A DNA stretch of 64,000 bases from Planctomycetota bacterium (GCA_044222185.1 JBGANV010000008.1:1-64000); one strand, 5' to 3'; positions 1 through 9,951 are shown, counted from the stretch's first letter. Program-made: numbers and translations. Notes: generated by a model from the letters alone, not told the origin.

Positions 1-417
1 TCGAAGAAGATGCGCGTGATCCCCCTCATCCAGCCCGTCGTCGCCGACCTGCTCTGCCTCAAGGCCGCGCGGGGCCGCCCCTCACCGGGCGACCCGATCT
101 TCTTCGGACCCGCAGGGAAGCCGCTCGCCGGGAACGAGACGCGGAGCCGCTGGCGATTCCGCCAGATCCTGAAGCGCGCCGGCATCCCCGAGGTCGACGA
201 GCTCGGCCGCCACGTCGTCATCCATTCGACGCGCCACACGTTCGGGACGGAGCTCGCGCGCGCGGGCGTCCCGCTCGCCGACACGCAAGCGTTGCTCGGC
301 CACTCCGATCCGAAGCTCACGGCGAACATCTACACCCACCTGAGAACGGAAGACCTCCGCGGCGCGGTCGAGAAGCTCGCGCCCCCGGGGCCGAAGCCGA
401 GCGTGCGGAGAGCGTGA
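1..417 (+). CDS. Tyrosine recombinase/integrase, C-terminal part (5' truncated by window edge)
   Basis: Catalytic motifs HSTRHTF (H-x-x-R), LLGH and TANIYTH (Tyr nucleophile). The frame stays open upstream of the ATG at 10 (tcg aag aag) to position 1. Confidence 0.93.
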   Translation, partial: SKKMRVIPLIQPVVADLLCLKAARGRPSPGDPIFFGPAGKPLAGNETRSRWRFRQILKRAGIPEVDELGRHVVIHSTRHTFGTELARAGVPLADTQALLGHSDPKLTANIYTHLRTEDLRGAVEKLAPPGPKPSVRRA

Positions 418-545
418 GCGCCCGTCCGAACCCCGCGGCCAAGCATTCGAAAGGAGTCATCCGCGAAGGCATGCCGCAACCGCCTCGCACAGCTATGTCA
501 AGCCCCTCCCAATAGCCGAAAGGTCCATGCCTTAGCAATACTCGA

Positions 546-2321
546 CTACTGCGGTTTAGAAGCGCGAAAGCGATCGATATCCGATAAGAGATCGGCAAAA
601 TCGCGTGGGATCTCATCGGGGCGAAACGCGTCAACAATTCGCGCATCCGTTAGCACCACGCCGCATTCGCTTCGGACTCGCTCTCTGAGCTGCGCGAGAA
701 CGATTTTGCCCGGCACTATGTGCAGGCGCGTGTCAATCGCCCCCCAAATGCCCTGAAACCGCGTGAGCGTCTCTCGGGTTATGTCTGCGACGTCCCGCCC
801 GCTGCGCCGCAAGAAGTTCGTTCGATGCGCTATGATCTGAGCCTGCACATCATCCCGAAGCGGCTCCGTGATTTCCATCAACAGCTGCGCAGTTGGCGGA
901 GCCGAGCGCGGATCCTCACCGCGACGAGTCGCGCGATCATTTGCTTCGCGTGAGATGGCTCGATCGAGGACAGCAGGCACCAACAGATAGTTCTCCAATT
1001 CTTTGCGCTGGTGAATACGCGCAACTCGGAGCGACTGCGACAGTATTCCGAGCACGTGGGCTATCTCCTCGTCACTGTGATAATCATGATCATAGACCGC
1101 ACCAATCATGATTGGAACTCCCAATGCCTCTTCAATTCCCTTCGCAAGCGTTGTCACTCGCTCCCAAGAGCCGAACCCGCCCGACTCCAATGCAGTAATT
1201 CCCGCACCCGCTGATAGCTCAACAAGCCCGAGGCGCCGCGAAAACCTACGCATCAGCCGAAAGTCGTCACCTTCCACGAAGAGTACGCGGCGGTTTCGAG
1301 CCAAAGCCGTAAGGGAAAGATTCTGAATCGATCCAACCACGTCCAGGGCATGCTGAACCCCTGCGACGTCTTGCAACCTCGCCGCACTGCTCGCTTTCTT
1401 GTCGACGAGGATTATGTCCGCGGGCTCTGCCTCCGCCATAATTTCCGTCGAATGGGTAGCTATGAGTGCGTCGGGACCAAGCTCGCGTAGAATCCCAATC
1501 AGCTGACGCTGCACATCGGGGTGAAGATACGTTTCTGGCTCATCGATGATAACAACTGTGCTATGGCTCGCGCGCGACAAGTGGGTAAGGAGCTGGCACC
1601 ACACTTGGAAGCCAAAACCCGACCAGTAGAGCTCACGCGTAACCCGATCCTCCTGGCAGAACATCGATAGTACCGGACTCATGATGTCCGTGCGCTCGGG
1701 GGCGGATATTGTCAGTCCAGGCCAGGTCGTCGACACCAGAAGCGCGAAGTCCGAGAATCCGTCCGGAAAGTAGTGCCAGTAGTTTCGAAAGTGACGAGAG
1801 GCTCGGTGGGTTGCAAGCCCCCTAATCACTGTATCTCTCTCCACAATCTGCTCCCGGGGCTCGAGAGGTCCAAGGACTGGCACGACTACCAGATCAATCG
1901 GGAAGAACCGCTTGAATGCAGCAGTGGTCGTCACGGTCTCATTCACGACCTCTGGAACCAAAAAGCACCCGCTATTTGCCTGAAACAGCAGCTCTATGCG
2001 TCGCCTATTCGTTACGTTGAATATGACTTTTGTTTCGCCGGCTTGGTAGTCCGTGCTCACATTTTCGAGTGATATCGGAAGTGCGTCGCCTCCTATCCAA
2101 TAACCATAGAACTGGCGTTGCCCTATTCGATGATATGCCGGCTTTGCGCTGCGTGCGATGCGGAGTCCCGCAGCCAGTGCGCGAAATGCCCCGATTATGG
2201 TGGACTTGCCAGAATTGTTAGGCCCGACAAGGATATTGAGTCGGTCCAACGATAGCGAGTAGGACCTAAATGCCTTGAACTGCGAGAACTGCACGCTTGA
2301 AATGCGAATGCTGTTACTCAT
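546..2321 (-). CDS. ABC-type ATPase-TOPRIM nuclease (OLD family / fused PARIS AriAB-like), probable anti-phage protein
   Basis: Walker A GPNNSGKS, Walker B IIDEPE..LHP, H-loop ATHS, TOPRIM VLFVEGDD, DxD (YDHD) and KELENYLL. GC is lower than the host (two 60-nt lines counted gave 43% and 58%). Confidence 0.85.
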   Translation of the reverse strand: MSNSIRISSVQFSQFKAFRSYSLSLDRLNILVGPNNSGKSTIIGAFRALAAGLRIARSAKPAYHRIGQRQFYGYWIGGDALPISLENVSTDYQAGETKVIFNVTNRRRIELLFQANSGCFLVPEVVNETVTTTAAFKRFFPIDLVVVPVLGPLEPREQIVERDTVIRGLATHRASRHFRNYWHYFPDGFSDFALLVSTTWPGLTISAPERTDIMSPVLSMFCQEDRVTRELYWSGFGFQVWCQLLTHLSRASHSTVVIIDEPETYLHPDVQRQLIGILRELGPDALIATHSTEIMAEAEPADIILVDKKASSAARLQDVAGVQHALDVVGSIQNLSLTALARNRRVLFVEGDDFRLMRRFSRRLGLVELSAGAGITALESGGFGSWERVTTLAKGIEEALGVPIMIGAVYDHDYHSDEEIAHVLGILSQSLRVARIHQRKELENYLLVPAVLDRAISREANDRATRRGEDPRSAPPTAQLLMEITEPLRDDVQAQIIAHRTNFLRRSGRDVADITRETLTRFQGIWGAIDTRLHIVPGKIVLAQLRERVRSECGVVLTDARIVDAFRPDEIPRDFADLLSDIDRFRASKPQ

Positions 2322-2419
2322 CGGTCACTGTAGCTCAAACGGCGCGCCGCTCGGAATTCAATTGCCCACGAGTGGAGCTGCCCGGACATCACCTGCATCG
2401 CGCGCCATCGTCGTCGCGT

Positions 2420-3385
2420 CTAATACTTTATGATCCAGTTCACCGCCGCGTTCTTCGGGCGGGTTTCCTTGGAGTCGGCCTCCCTTGGCGCGTCACCTTT
2501 GTCCGCTCCGAAGACGACGACCGTCTTCACCCCCTCACTTTGCGCACGAATAGACACAAGCGCCTCGCTCGACGAAGGGGGTCGCCTGGGTGTATCCGTC
2601 GTCCCGAACGCATCTCGCTCCACGCTTCCAACAACGAATCCAGCCGGATCGCGGGGCCCGAGATCCTTGAACTCGAGCCTCGACTGAGCATCCCCATCCG
2701 CTCCCCGCAGGAACATGCCACGGAGGTCGGGGAGCAATGAGCCGCCGCCTGGCCACGCACCTTCCTTCAGCTTGGCACGGAGTGAGTCATAGGTCGAATC
2801 AGTCGGCACGGGTTTACCGTCACATAGAAGCCAACCATCTGGGGCGAGATGAGCGTCGTCAATGAGACCGCCATAGGCGGCGATCGTTCCGGTTGGGATG
2901 CTGCTCTGCAGCTTCTTGGCAGCGGCAATGGCGTCAGTCATCTTCTCCAAGAGTGTCTTCAGATCAGCAGCGCTCGCGGGGAGCCTCTCAGCCAGCGTCT
3001 TGAGCCGCGTTTGGACTTCCGCGGCCCGACTCTCAGCCGTCGCAGCGCTGCCGCTCGCGAGTTCGGCGTCCAGTCTTGCCCGAACGAGGGCCGACTGCGT
3101 TGATGTCGATGCGGCCATGCTCGAAGTCACAAATGAATCGAAGGTCGTCTTCATCGACTGTTCGAAGGTCCGCGCCATGGCGTCAGACTTGGCCACCTTC
3201 TCGGCCTCGGCTTTCGCCTCGTCGACGGCAGCTGTCTTCACGGCGTTGTAGAATTCTGCGCCCCCCGCCCAAATTGCGCCAACTGCCGCGAGCACGGCGA
3301 CGAACGCCGCGATCCGCTTCGCGGTGGTCAAGCCGAACCAGCCTGCGAGCACGTCCAACGAGTTCGGCTTCCAGTCCTCGGCCAC
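2420..3385 (-). CDS. Membrane-anchored coiled-coil protein with C-terminal phage tail-collar domain
   Basis: N-terminal hydrophobic helix IAAFVAVLAAVGAIWAG, Ala-rich helical middle, collar signature IPTGTIAAYGG..PDGWLLCDG..LPDLRGMFLRG and terminal ETRPKNAAVNWIIKY. Confidence 0.8.
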   Translation of the reverse strand: MAEDWKPNSLDVLAGWFGLTTAKRIAAFVAVLAAVGAIWAGGAEFYNAVKTAAVDEAKAEAEKVAKSDAMARTFEQSMKTTFDSFVTSSMAASTSTQSALVRARLDAELASGSAATAESRAAEVQTRLKTLAERLPASAADLKTLLEKMTDAIAAAKKLQSSIPTGTIAAYGGLIDDAHLAPDGWLLCDGKPVPTDSTYDSLRAKLKEGAWPGGGSLLPDLRGMFLRGADGDAQSRLEFKDLGPRDPAGFVVGSVERDAFGTTDTPRRPPSSSEALVSIRAQSEGVKTVVVFGADKGDAPREADSKETRPKNAAVNWIIKY

Positions 3386-3570
3386 GGTCGTCCCTCCCGT
3401 CAGATCAGCCGATCAAGCACATTCCGTGACTCCGACACGATCGTTCGCGTCGAGACGCAGAATCCCCGGGAATTGCGCTGGTTTCTGAGTCATGGGTCGG
3501 CGGTCTCCGCCCCGCCCGCATCTTGCCACCCCGACATTCTCGCAACCCCAATCCAGCGCGATTCTTCAAG

Positions 3571-3644
<74 letters not shown>

Positions 3645-4111
3645 GTGGGCACGGGCGAGGGCCCGGCACACGTGGGGGTGTTTTTATCAGGGCTGGGCAG
3701 GGATGCGAGCGGGCACGATCGGGAATGGGGCGGGCGAGCTTCGGCGGCCGGGCGGATGCGGGTTGGGACGCCGGAGATCAAGGGGGCTCGAGCCTCTCGG
3801 CAAGGCTGAGCAGGGGCGACGCTCGAGCTTGACGGAGGGAGGGAACGCGCAGCGACGGGTGGGCAAAGCGGGTCCGGCGGAATCGAAGGACGCTCGCGGC
3901 TGCGGTCGTGGTGACGCAAGACGAGACGGCGGGCGGGACTGAGGAGAAACGGGCTTCGGAGAATCTGTCGCGGCGTGGGGATCCGGGGTCGGGAGGTGGG
4001 GCTGACTGGCGGCGCGATTCACGGGCCGCGGTGGAGGCGGTAGCTTGGGCCCGACCACGTGGCACCTCGTGAGGTTTGCGAGGGCTGCGGGGACATGGAT
4101 CGGAGAATGGA

Positions 4112-5527
4112 ATGAAGACGAAGGCACCGTCCTCGAAGGACAACCTGGCGGCGGCGGACGCGTTGCGGGGCACGTTCGAGGGACTGTTGAAGGAATGGGT
4201 CGAGATCCCCAGCGTCAGCATGGACCCCGACCGCAAGGGCGACATTCAACGCATGGCGGACGCGGCGGTGAGAACGCTCACGCAATACGGCTGGGCTGCC
4301 CAGCTGCTGCCCACGGCGGGCAATCCGATCGTCTTTGGCCGCCGTGAAGTGGACAAGGCGGCGCCGACGATCACGATCTACAACCACTTGGACGTGCAAC
4401 CAGGCGGCGCGAAGGAGGAGTGGAAGACCGACCCGTTCACCTTCACGACGATTGGCGACACCTGGTATGGGCGAGGCACGACCGACGACAAGGGACCGGC
4501 ACTCTCGGCATTGTTCGGCGCGCAGAAGGCACTGGGCGACGGCGCGCGCGTCAACGTCAACTTCCTTTGGGAATTGGAGGAGGAAATCGGCAGCCCGAGC
4601 TTCGCGGCGGGCATCAAGCAACACGCGGAATTGCTGAAGACGGACTTCGTGGTCGTCAGCGACACCATATGGGTCTCGCGCAAACGGCCCGCAGCCCCGG
4701 CGGGACTGCGAGGATTGCAGGGCGTCCGCCTCGTGCTCGAAACCGGCACGACGGATCAGCACAGCGGCGTCACGGGCGGTGCGGCGCGCAATCCCGTCAC
4801 CGAGTTGTGCGATCTCGTCGGCAAGATCGTCGACGGCAAGACGGGCAACGTGAAGATCCCCGGCTTCTACAAGAACTGGCGCAAACCCACGAAGGCCGAG
4901 CTCGCGGACTTCAAGAGCTGTGGCTTCACCGTCGCGCAGTTCATGAAGGACCATCAGTTCAAGAGCCTGCGCACGCGCGACGCACTGGACGTGATGACGC
5001 GAATCTGGGCCAAACCCACCTTCGAAGTCCATGGCATCGCGGGCGGATATCAAGGCCCCGGAGTGAAGACCGTCGTCCCACCGCGCGCCGAGGCGAAAAT
5101 CTCCATGCGCCTCGTCCCACGCATGCGCCCCGCGGAAGTCCTGAAGCTGCTCACGACGTTCGTCAAGAAGCACAACAAGGACGTGCAGGTCGTCGCCGAA
5201 TCGGGCCTCGAGCCCTACGAGGGAACGACGACGGGTCCGCTCGCCGACCTCGTCCGAAGCAGCATGAAATTCGCCTTCGGCAAGGAGCCCGTCTTCATCC
5301 GCGAAGGTGGCTCGATCGGCGCGGTGAAGACCATGGAAGACGTCCTCTCTGCGCCCGTGATCTTCCTCGGCCTCTCATTGCCCGAGCACGGCTATCACGC
5401 GCCCAACGAGAACTACGATTGGTCGCAGGCGCGAGGCGGCATGGTGGCGTTCGCGAAGCTCTTCGAAGACGCCGCCAACCTCCCGCGCTCGGCTGCGAAG
5501 GACGCCCTGAAAGCCAAACGCGGCTGA
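4112..5527 (+). CDS. M20/M25/M40 family metallo-dipeptidase
   Basis: YNHLDVQP, GRGTTDDKG, EEEIGS, GLRG, HSG, EGGSI and HAPNE motifs. ATG at 4112 follows GGAG. Confidence 0.92.
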   Translation: MKTKAPSSKDNLAAADALRGTFEGLLKEWVEIPSVSMDPDRKGDIQRMADAAVRTLTQYGWAAQLLPTAGNPIVFGRREVDKAAPTITIYNHLDVQPGGAKEEWKTDPFTFTTIGDTWYGRGTTDDKGPALSALFGAQKALGDGARVNVNFLWELEEEIGSPSFAAGIKQHAELLKTDFVVVSDTIWVSRKRPAAPAGLRGLQGVRLVLETGTTDQHSGVTGGAARNPVTELCDLVGKIVDGKTGNVKIPGFYKNWRKPTKAELADFKSCGFTVAQFMKDHQFKSLRTRDALDVMTRIWAKPTFEVHGIAGGYQGPGVKTVVPPRAEAKISMRLVPRMRPAEVLKLLTTFVKKHNKDVQVVAESGLEPYEGTTTGPLADLVRSSMKFAFGKEPVFIREGGSIGAVKTMEDVLSAPVIFLGLSLPEHGYHAPNENYDWSQARGGMVAFAKLFEDAANLPRSAAKDALKAKRG

Positions 5528-5543
5528 CCGTCCGCCCGAGAAA

Positions 5544-5567
5544 CGCCACGCGCCCGGGCGCGTGGCG
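5544..5567. terminator. Perfect 24-bp palindrome between convergent genes; probable terminator hairpin
   Basis: CGCCACGCGCCC/GGGCGCGTGGCG, followed by TTT on the minus strand. Confidence 0.55.
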
Positions 5568-5582
5568 GGTCGGCATCGGCGT

Positions 5583-6818
5583 TCAGAATGCGACGCGGAC
5601 CGACGGCGTCGCGCGGATCGTAAACGACGGATCGAGTGAGATCCCGATCATGTCGAGCGTGATCCCCGTGAGAGTCCCCGGCGGCAGGGCGAACGAAGCC
5701 GCCGGATAGAGGGGCGCCGAAACGGGCCAGTGCCAATGAATGAGATCGCCGGGCACCGCCACGGGGAATGCAGTGAGGAGCGCGAACGTCAGCGCGTCCG
5801 GCGTGAACCCGAGCACGGGCCCCGACCCGACGGGTGAACTCGTATCGAAACTGGCGAGCGTATATCCCTCGGACGTCGCGGCCGGGACCGACGTCATCGA
5901 GATCTCCGCGCCGCCACCGGCCGGATTGACGAATAGCCGGAACGCGTCGTTCACGACCGAAAGCCCCGTGATCAGGGTACTGGTCGGTCCCGTGACCGTG
6001 CCCAGCACGGTGGGCACTCCACCGAGGTTCGGGATGCGCGACACCGTGCTGCCACCGGCCACGATGAAGTCCCCGTTTGCGTCCGCCTCGATGCCGTTCG
6101 GGCCGACGATGGTGCCCGGCGGAACGATGTCCGTGAGGACGCCGAATGCCGAGATGCGGACGATGCGGTTGACCGAGAGCAATCCCGCGACGACTTCGTG
6201 CGTGAGCGGATCGAAACCGATCCACCCAACGAACGACGTCCCGGCGGCCCACGCCGAAGCGAACGCCACTGCCGAGCTCGTTCCGGCTGGGATCCGATAG
6301 ATGTTGTTGTTCCCGCCGACGTAGATGTCGCCCGTGATGGGATCGACGGCCCCCGCGTTCAGGCTCGTCCCCCACGGCTGCCCGCCGCTCGTGATGTTGG
6401 TGACGACACCACTGACCGGGTCGACCCGCCGCACCTGGTCGACGCCCGCATCGAACACGATGATGGACCCATTGGTGTCGAAGCTCATCTGCGCGGCGGT
6501 CGAGATCCCCGTCGTCAGCGGCGCATACACCGCCGTCGGCCCGTTGATCGTGACCCTCCCGACGAACCCGAACCCACCGACGATCGCCGAACCGGGATGG
6601 AATGGGTCCCAGAGAATCGACTGGGCCGTGCCCGGCGAGGTCGTGCCTCCGAAGCTGCCGATCGGAAAATGGGTGACCCCACCCGCGGCGCCCACCAACG
6701 AGAACTCGGACGTCACCGCATTGACCACGAACACGCTGTTCGTCGTCACTTGGCCCAAACTCGCCATCGTCAGCGCCGCCATGGACACGAACACGGACGA
6801 ACGTCGCAGCAGCGTCAT
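5583..6818 (-). CDS. Exported beta-propeller protein (NHL/SMP-30-like blades) with conserved C-terminal module ending RVAF
   Basis: Signal peptide MTLLRRSSVFVSMAALTMASLG-Q. Repeated blades (FDTNGSIIV, VDPITGDIYV, FDPLTHEVV, ADANGDFIV). This is the real gene inside the longer 5583..8321 ORF. Confidence 0.8.
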   Translation of the reverse strand: MTLLRRSSVFVSMAALTMASLGQVTTNSVFVVNAVTSEFSLVGAAGGVTHFPIGSFGGTTSPGTAQSILWDPFHPGSAIVGGFGFVGRVTINGPTAVYAPLTTGISTAAQMSFDTNGSIIVFDAGVDQVRRVDPVSGVVTNITSGGQPWGTSLNAGAVDPITGDIYVGGNNNIYRIPAGTSSAVAFASAWAAGTSFVGWIGFDPLTHEVVAGLLSVNRIVRISAFGVLTDIVPPGTIVGPNGIEADANGDFIVAGGSTVSRIPNLGGVPTVLGTVTGPTSTLITGLSVVNDAFRLFVNPAGGGAEISMTSVPAATSEGYTLASFDTSSPVGSGPVLGFTPDALTFALLTAFPVAVPGDLIHWHWPVSAPLYPAASFALPPGTLTGITLDMIGISLDPSFTIRATPSVRVAF

Positions 6819-7040
6819 GGAGGAACTCCGTTTCCGAGGTGATGGTCCCTGGCTTCGCCGACGGTGTGCCGACAAAGAGGGCGCGATTGTCGACGTCCCG
6901 AGAACCGAAGTCAACAGGCAGGTGGGCGACGACCCCGCGCGCGCACTCGCTCCGGCTACACCCCGTTCGCTATGCTGCCCGCGGATGCAGCGACCTACCT
7001 CGCTCCGCAGCCAAACAATGAACGACGTCAGGCCAGGACG

Positions 7041-8486
7041 ATGAAACATCGCACCGAACGAGGACACCCAGGAAACTCCGACGCGCAGTTCCCCAGGCTG
7101 ACGCGCCGAACCCTCTTGAAGGCCGCGGCGGCGTGGCCACTCGTACACGTGCTGAGCGCGTGCGGCGACACGAAACCGCCAGCCACGACGAACTCCACCG
7201 CGGGACGAACGGCCATCGTCGTCGGAGGCGGCCTCTGCGGACTGCTCGTCCTGGACCGGTTGGTGAAGGCGGGCTGGAACGTTCGCCTGCTCGAGGCCTC
7301 GACCCGTCTGGGCGGACGGATCCGCACCGTTCGCGACGGATTGTCCAGCGGTCTTCGTGCTGAGATGGGTGCCGAGCGCGTCCCCAAATCCGACACTCGC
7401 CTGCGCGGGCTCCTCGAGGACTTGGGCATCGAGACCACCCCATACCCCGCACCGACTCGTCCTCCCCTGCTCATCATGGGCGGAAACGTCATGAAGTTCG
7501 GCATGGACTCGACGCCGCTTCCGGAGACCTTCCTCGCCGGTCTCAGCGAGGTCGAGCGCGAGCAGGCGCCGCTTGCGTGCCACCTCGGCGTTGCGCGCGT
7601 GTCGCAGGAGCCCGCGCCCGACGACCCGCGAACGGCGGTCGCCTGGCTGCGTGCCGCAGGCCTCACGAAGCGGGGCGAAGAACTCAGCCGTCTGTGGTGC
7701 GTTCACGACCTCGACGCCGTCCCGGCCGCCGCGTACTTCCGCGCGGCATTCCGCGAATTCCAGGCTCGCGACTCGGAGTCCGTCGTCGGCGGCACCGAAC
7801 GGATCATCGAACGCGTCGCCGCCTCGTTGCAAAGCCGCATCACCACGGCCACGCCCATCGTCCGCGTCGAGCAGGACGGCAACGGGGTGAAACTGACCGA
7901 CGCCAAAGGAGCGCTGCATCAGGCCGACTACGCGGCGTTCTGCCTGCCGCTGAAGCCGATGCGCGCATTGACCTTCGCCGGCGCGCCTCCCGCAGCGCTC
8001 ACGGCACGACTCGACGCGTTTTCCACGGACGATGAGATCAAGGTCTGCGCCGAGGTCCCGGCTTCGACCTTCGCAGCCGAAGGCCGCGCGGAGTACACGT
8101 TCCGCGAGCGATTTCCGCGCGTGAGCTGGCGGCTTCCGGAGGAAACCGCCGACGGCCGGTTCGTGTATTCGACGATGGCATTTCGCTCGGACGTCGCCGA
8201 ATTGCGTCGCGCAGCGGCTTATGGACCCGACGGCGTCGCGAATCTCCTCGCGTCGCGCGCGCCTGAAATCGCGGCGGTCAAACCCAAGGTGCTCACGTAC
8301 GACTTCGCGTCCGACCCTCACATCGGCGCAGCCGTGTCCTACGTGCGCGCGAAGGCCGGGCTGGAGGGGACTCCGATCAAGGATGGCCGCATCGTCTTCG
8401 CCGGCGGTGACATCTCCGATGCCCCGGGCTGGATGGACGGTGCCGTCGGCATCGCCGACGCTGCCGCCGACATGCTCATCGGGTGA
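7041..8486 (+). CDS. Flavin monoamine oxidase family protein with Tat signal and lipobox
   Basis: TRRTLLK twin-arginine motif, LSAC lipobox, GGGLCG dinucleotide fold, LEASTRLGGR, EMGAE and C-terminal FAG..GWMDGA. Confidence 0.85.
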   Translation: MKHRTERGHPGNSDAQFPRLTRRTLLKAAAAWPLVHVLSACGDTKPPATTNSTAGRTAIVVGGGLCGLLVLDRLVKAGWNVRLLEASTRLGGRIRTVRDGLSSGLRAEMGAERVPKSDTRLRGLLEDLGIETTPYPAPTRPPLLIMGGNVMKFGMDSTPLPETFLAGLSEVEREQAPLACHLGVARVSQEPAPDDPRTAVAWLRAAGLTKRGEELSRLWCVHDLDAVPAAAYFRAAFREFQARDSESVVGGTERIIERVAASLQSRITTATPIVRVEQDGNGVKLTDAKGALHQADYAAFCLPLKPMRALTFAGAPPAALTARLDAFSTDDEIKVCAEVPASTFAAEGRAEYTFRERFPRVSWRLPEETADGRFVYSTMAFRSDVAELRRAAAYGPDGVANLLASRAPEIAAVKPKVLTYDFASDPHIGAAVSYVRAKAGLEGTPIKDGRIVFAGGDISDAPGWMDGAVGIADAAADMLIG

Positions 8487-9951
8487 CGGGCTGATCGATC
8501 ACGGGCAGCGGAAATGACGCGGCCGGCGTGTGCTCCGCGCGGAGGACTTGCTCGGCACGCTCGACGACGTCGGGATTCTCACGCGCGACGTCAGTCGTCT
8601 CGCGCGGGTCGGCGGAAAGGTCGTACAGCTCGAGCGTCGTGTTGCCCTTCGCCATGTCGCGCCGCAGAGCCTTCCATCGACCCATGCGCACCGCCTGCTG
8701 ACCGGAATATCCGGCGGCCGGGAACTCCCAGTAGATCGACTCCCGATCGAGCGTGCTGCGCTCGCCTCGGATCAGCGGCATCAACGAGCGTCCATCCGTC
8801 GTCGGCGCGGCGGCGCGCGTCGCATCGGCGATCGTCGCAAACACGTCGTAGAGCACGGCTGGTTCGTCGATCGTCTGCGCAGTCCGCGCAGACTCAGGCC
8901 AACTGACGATCATGGGTACGCGGAGGCCACCCTCGTAGACGCTTCCCTTGCGACCGCGCAGTCCCCCGCTGCTCGCGAAGTACCCGGTATCGACGCCGCC
9001 GACGTCGTGCGTGGGGCCGTTGTCGCTCGTGAAGATCACGATGGTTCGGCGCGAGAGGCCGTTACGTTCGAGCGCCGAGAGCAGCCGACCCACGTCGCGG
9101 TCGAGACGTGTGATCATGGCGGCATAGGCGGCGTGCGGCGTCGGGTGCGGCAGGTAACCCGTCTTGCCGTCGTAGGGCCGGTCGTCGAGCTCGGAGCGAT
9201 ACTCCCGCACGGCGTCGTCCGGCACTTGCAGCGCAGCGTGTGGAATCGTCGACGGATAGTAGAGGAAGAACGGCCTCGTGCGGTTGGCGTCGATGAATCG
9301 CTCGGCCTCGGTGACGAAGAGATCGGGCGCATACGTCGCGCCTGTCACGTTTCCCCAGGTGTTACCCGGCAAGTTTTCGCGGACGCCGTTACGCCACAGG
9401 TGCGTCGGGTAGTGGTTGTGCGCGACGCGCTGACAGAGGAACCCGTAGAAGAGGTCGAACCCGTGCAGGTCCGGTGCGCCCTCGGATCCCGGTCCTCCCA
9501 AACCCCATTTCCCGATTGCGGCGGTCGCGTAACCGCGATCGCGAAGCACGTCGGCAATCGTGACTGCGCCGCGAGGCAGCGGCATCTGGCCCTCGCGCTC
9601 GTTGGGCCCGAATCCGCCCACCTCCCTGTTGTCGCGGATCGGCGCATGTCCGGAGTGAAGCCCGGTCAGCAACGTGCAGCGCGCGGGCGCGCAGACGGGC
9701 GCACCCGAGTAGAAGTTCGTGAAACGAACGCCGGATGCGGCGAGGCGATCGAGGTTCGGCGTGTGGATCTTCGTCTGACCGAAGCAGCCGAGTTCGCCGT
9801 AGCCCAGGTCGTCCGCGAGGATGAGGACGACGTTGGGGCGATCGATCGCGGCGGAATCCGCCGCCAGATCGGTGTGCGAGGCGCAGCCGGCGCCGACGAG
9901 CATCGTCACGAGGACCGATAGCGCGCTCGTCGAGAGGACGCGACGCGTCAC
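8476..9951 (-). CDS. Arylsulfatase (formylglycine-dependent, Cys type), probable lipoprotein
   Basis: PNVVLILADDLG, CAPARCTLLTG (CxPxR), GKW, SDNG, KGSVYEGG. GTG start at 9951 chosen to avoid overlap with the upstream gene, with GGAGG upstream; signal ends GAGC. Confidence 0.92.
   Translation of the reverse strand: MTRRVLSTSALSVLVTMLVGAGCASHTDLAADSAAIDRPNVVLILADDLGYGELGCFGQTKIHTPNLDRLAASGVRFTNFYSGAPVCAPARCTLLTGLHSGHAPIRDNREVGGFGPNEREGQMPLPRGAVTIADVLRDRGYATAAIGKWGLGGPGSEGAPDLHGFDLFYGFLCQRVAHNHYPTHLWRNGVRENLPGNTWGNVTGATYAPDLFVTEAERFIDANRTRPFFLYYPSTIPHAALQVPDDAVREYRSELDDRPYDGKTGYLPHPTPHAAYAAMITRLDRDVGRLLSALERNGLSRRTIVIFTSDNGPTHDVGGVDTGYFASSGGLRGRKGSVYEGGLRVPMIVSWPESARTAQTIDEPAVLYDVFATIADATRAAAPTTDGRSLMPLIRGERSTLDRESIYWEFPAAGYSGQQAVRMGRWKALRRDMAKGNTTLELYDLSADPRETTDVARENPDVVERAEQVLRAEHTPAASFPLPVIDQPVTR

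Larger units (their letters stand above)
1..3570. mobile_element. Right end of a putative integrative element/genomic island inserted at the 3' end of tRNA-Arg(CCT)
   Basis: Integrase, a lower-GC nuclease gene and a phage-domain gene lie immediately 3' of the tRNA. The second att site was not seen in the window. Confidence 0.7.

Noticed and set aside
418-545. Possible att site or retron/ncRNA between the integrase and the nuclease
   Set aside because: No copy of the tRNA 3' end, no reverse transcriptase and no convincing structure.
2420-3385. Prophage structural module implied by the tail-collar domain
   Set aside because: No other capsid, tail or lysis genes in the window, and the protein has a TM anchor.
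6819-8321. N-terminal 500 aa of the 912 aa ORF 5583..8321
   Set aside because: Antisense shadow of the amine oxidase gene; the real gene starts at 6818 with a signal peptide.
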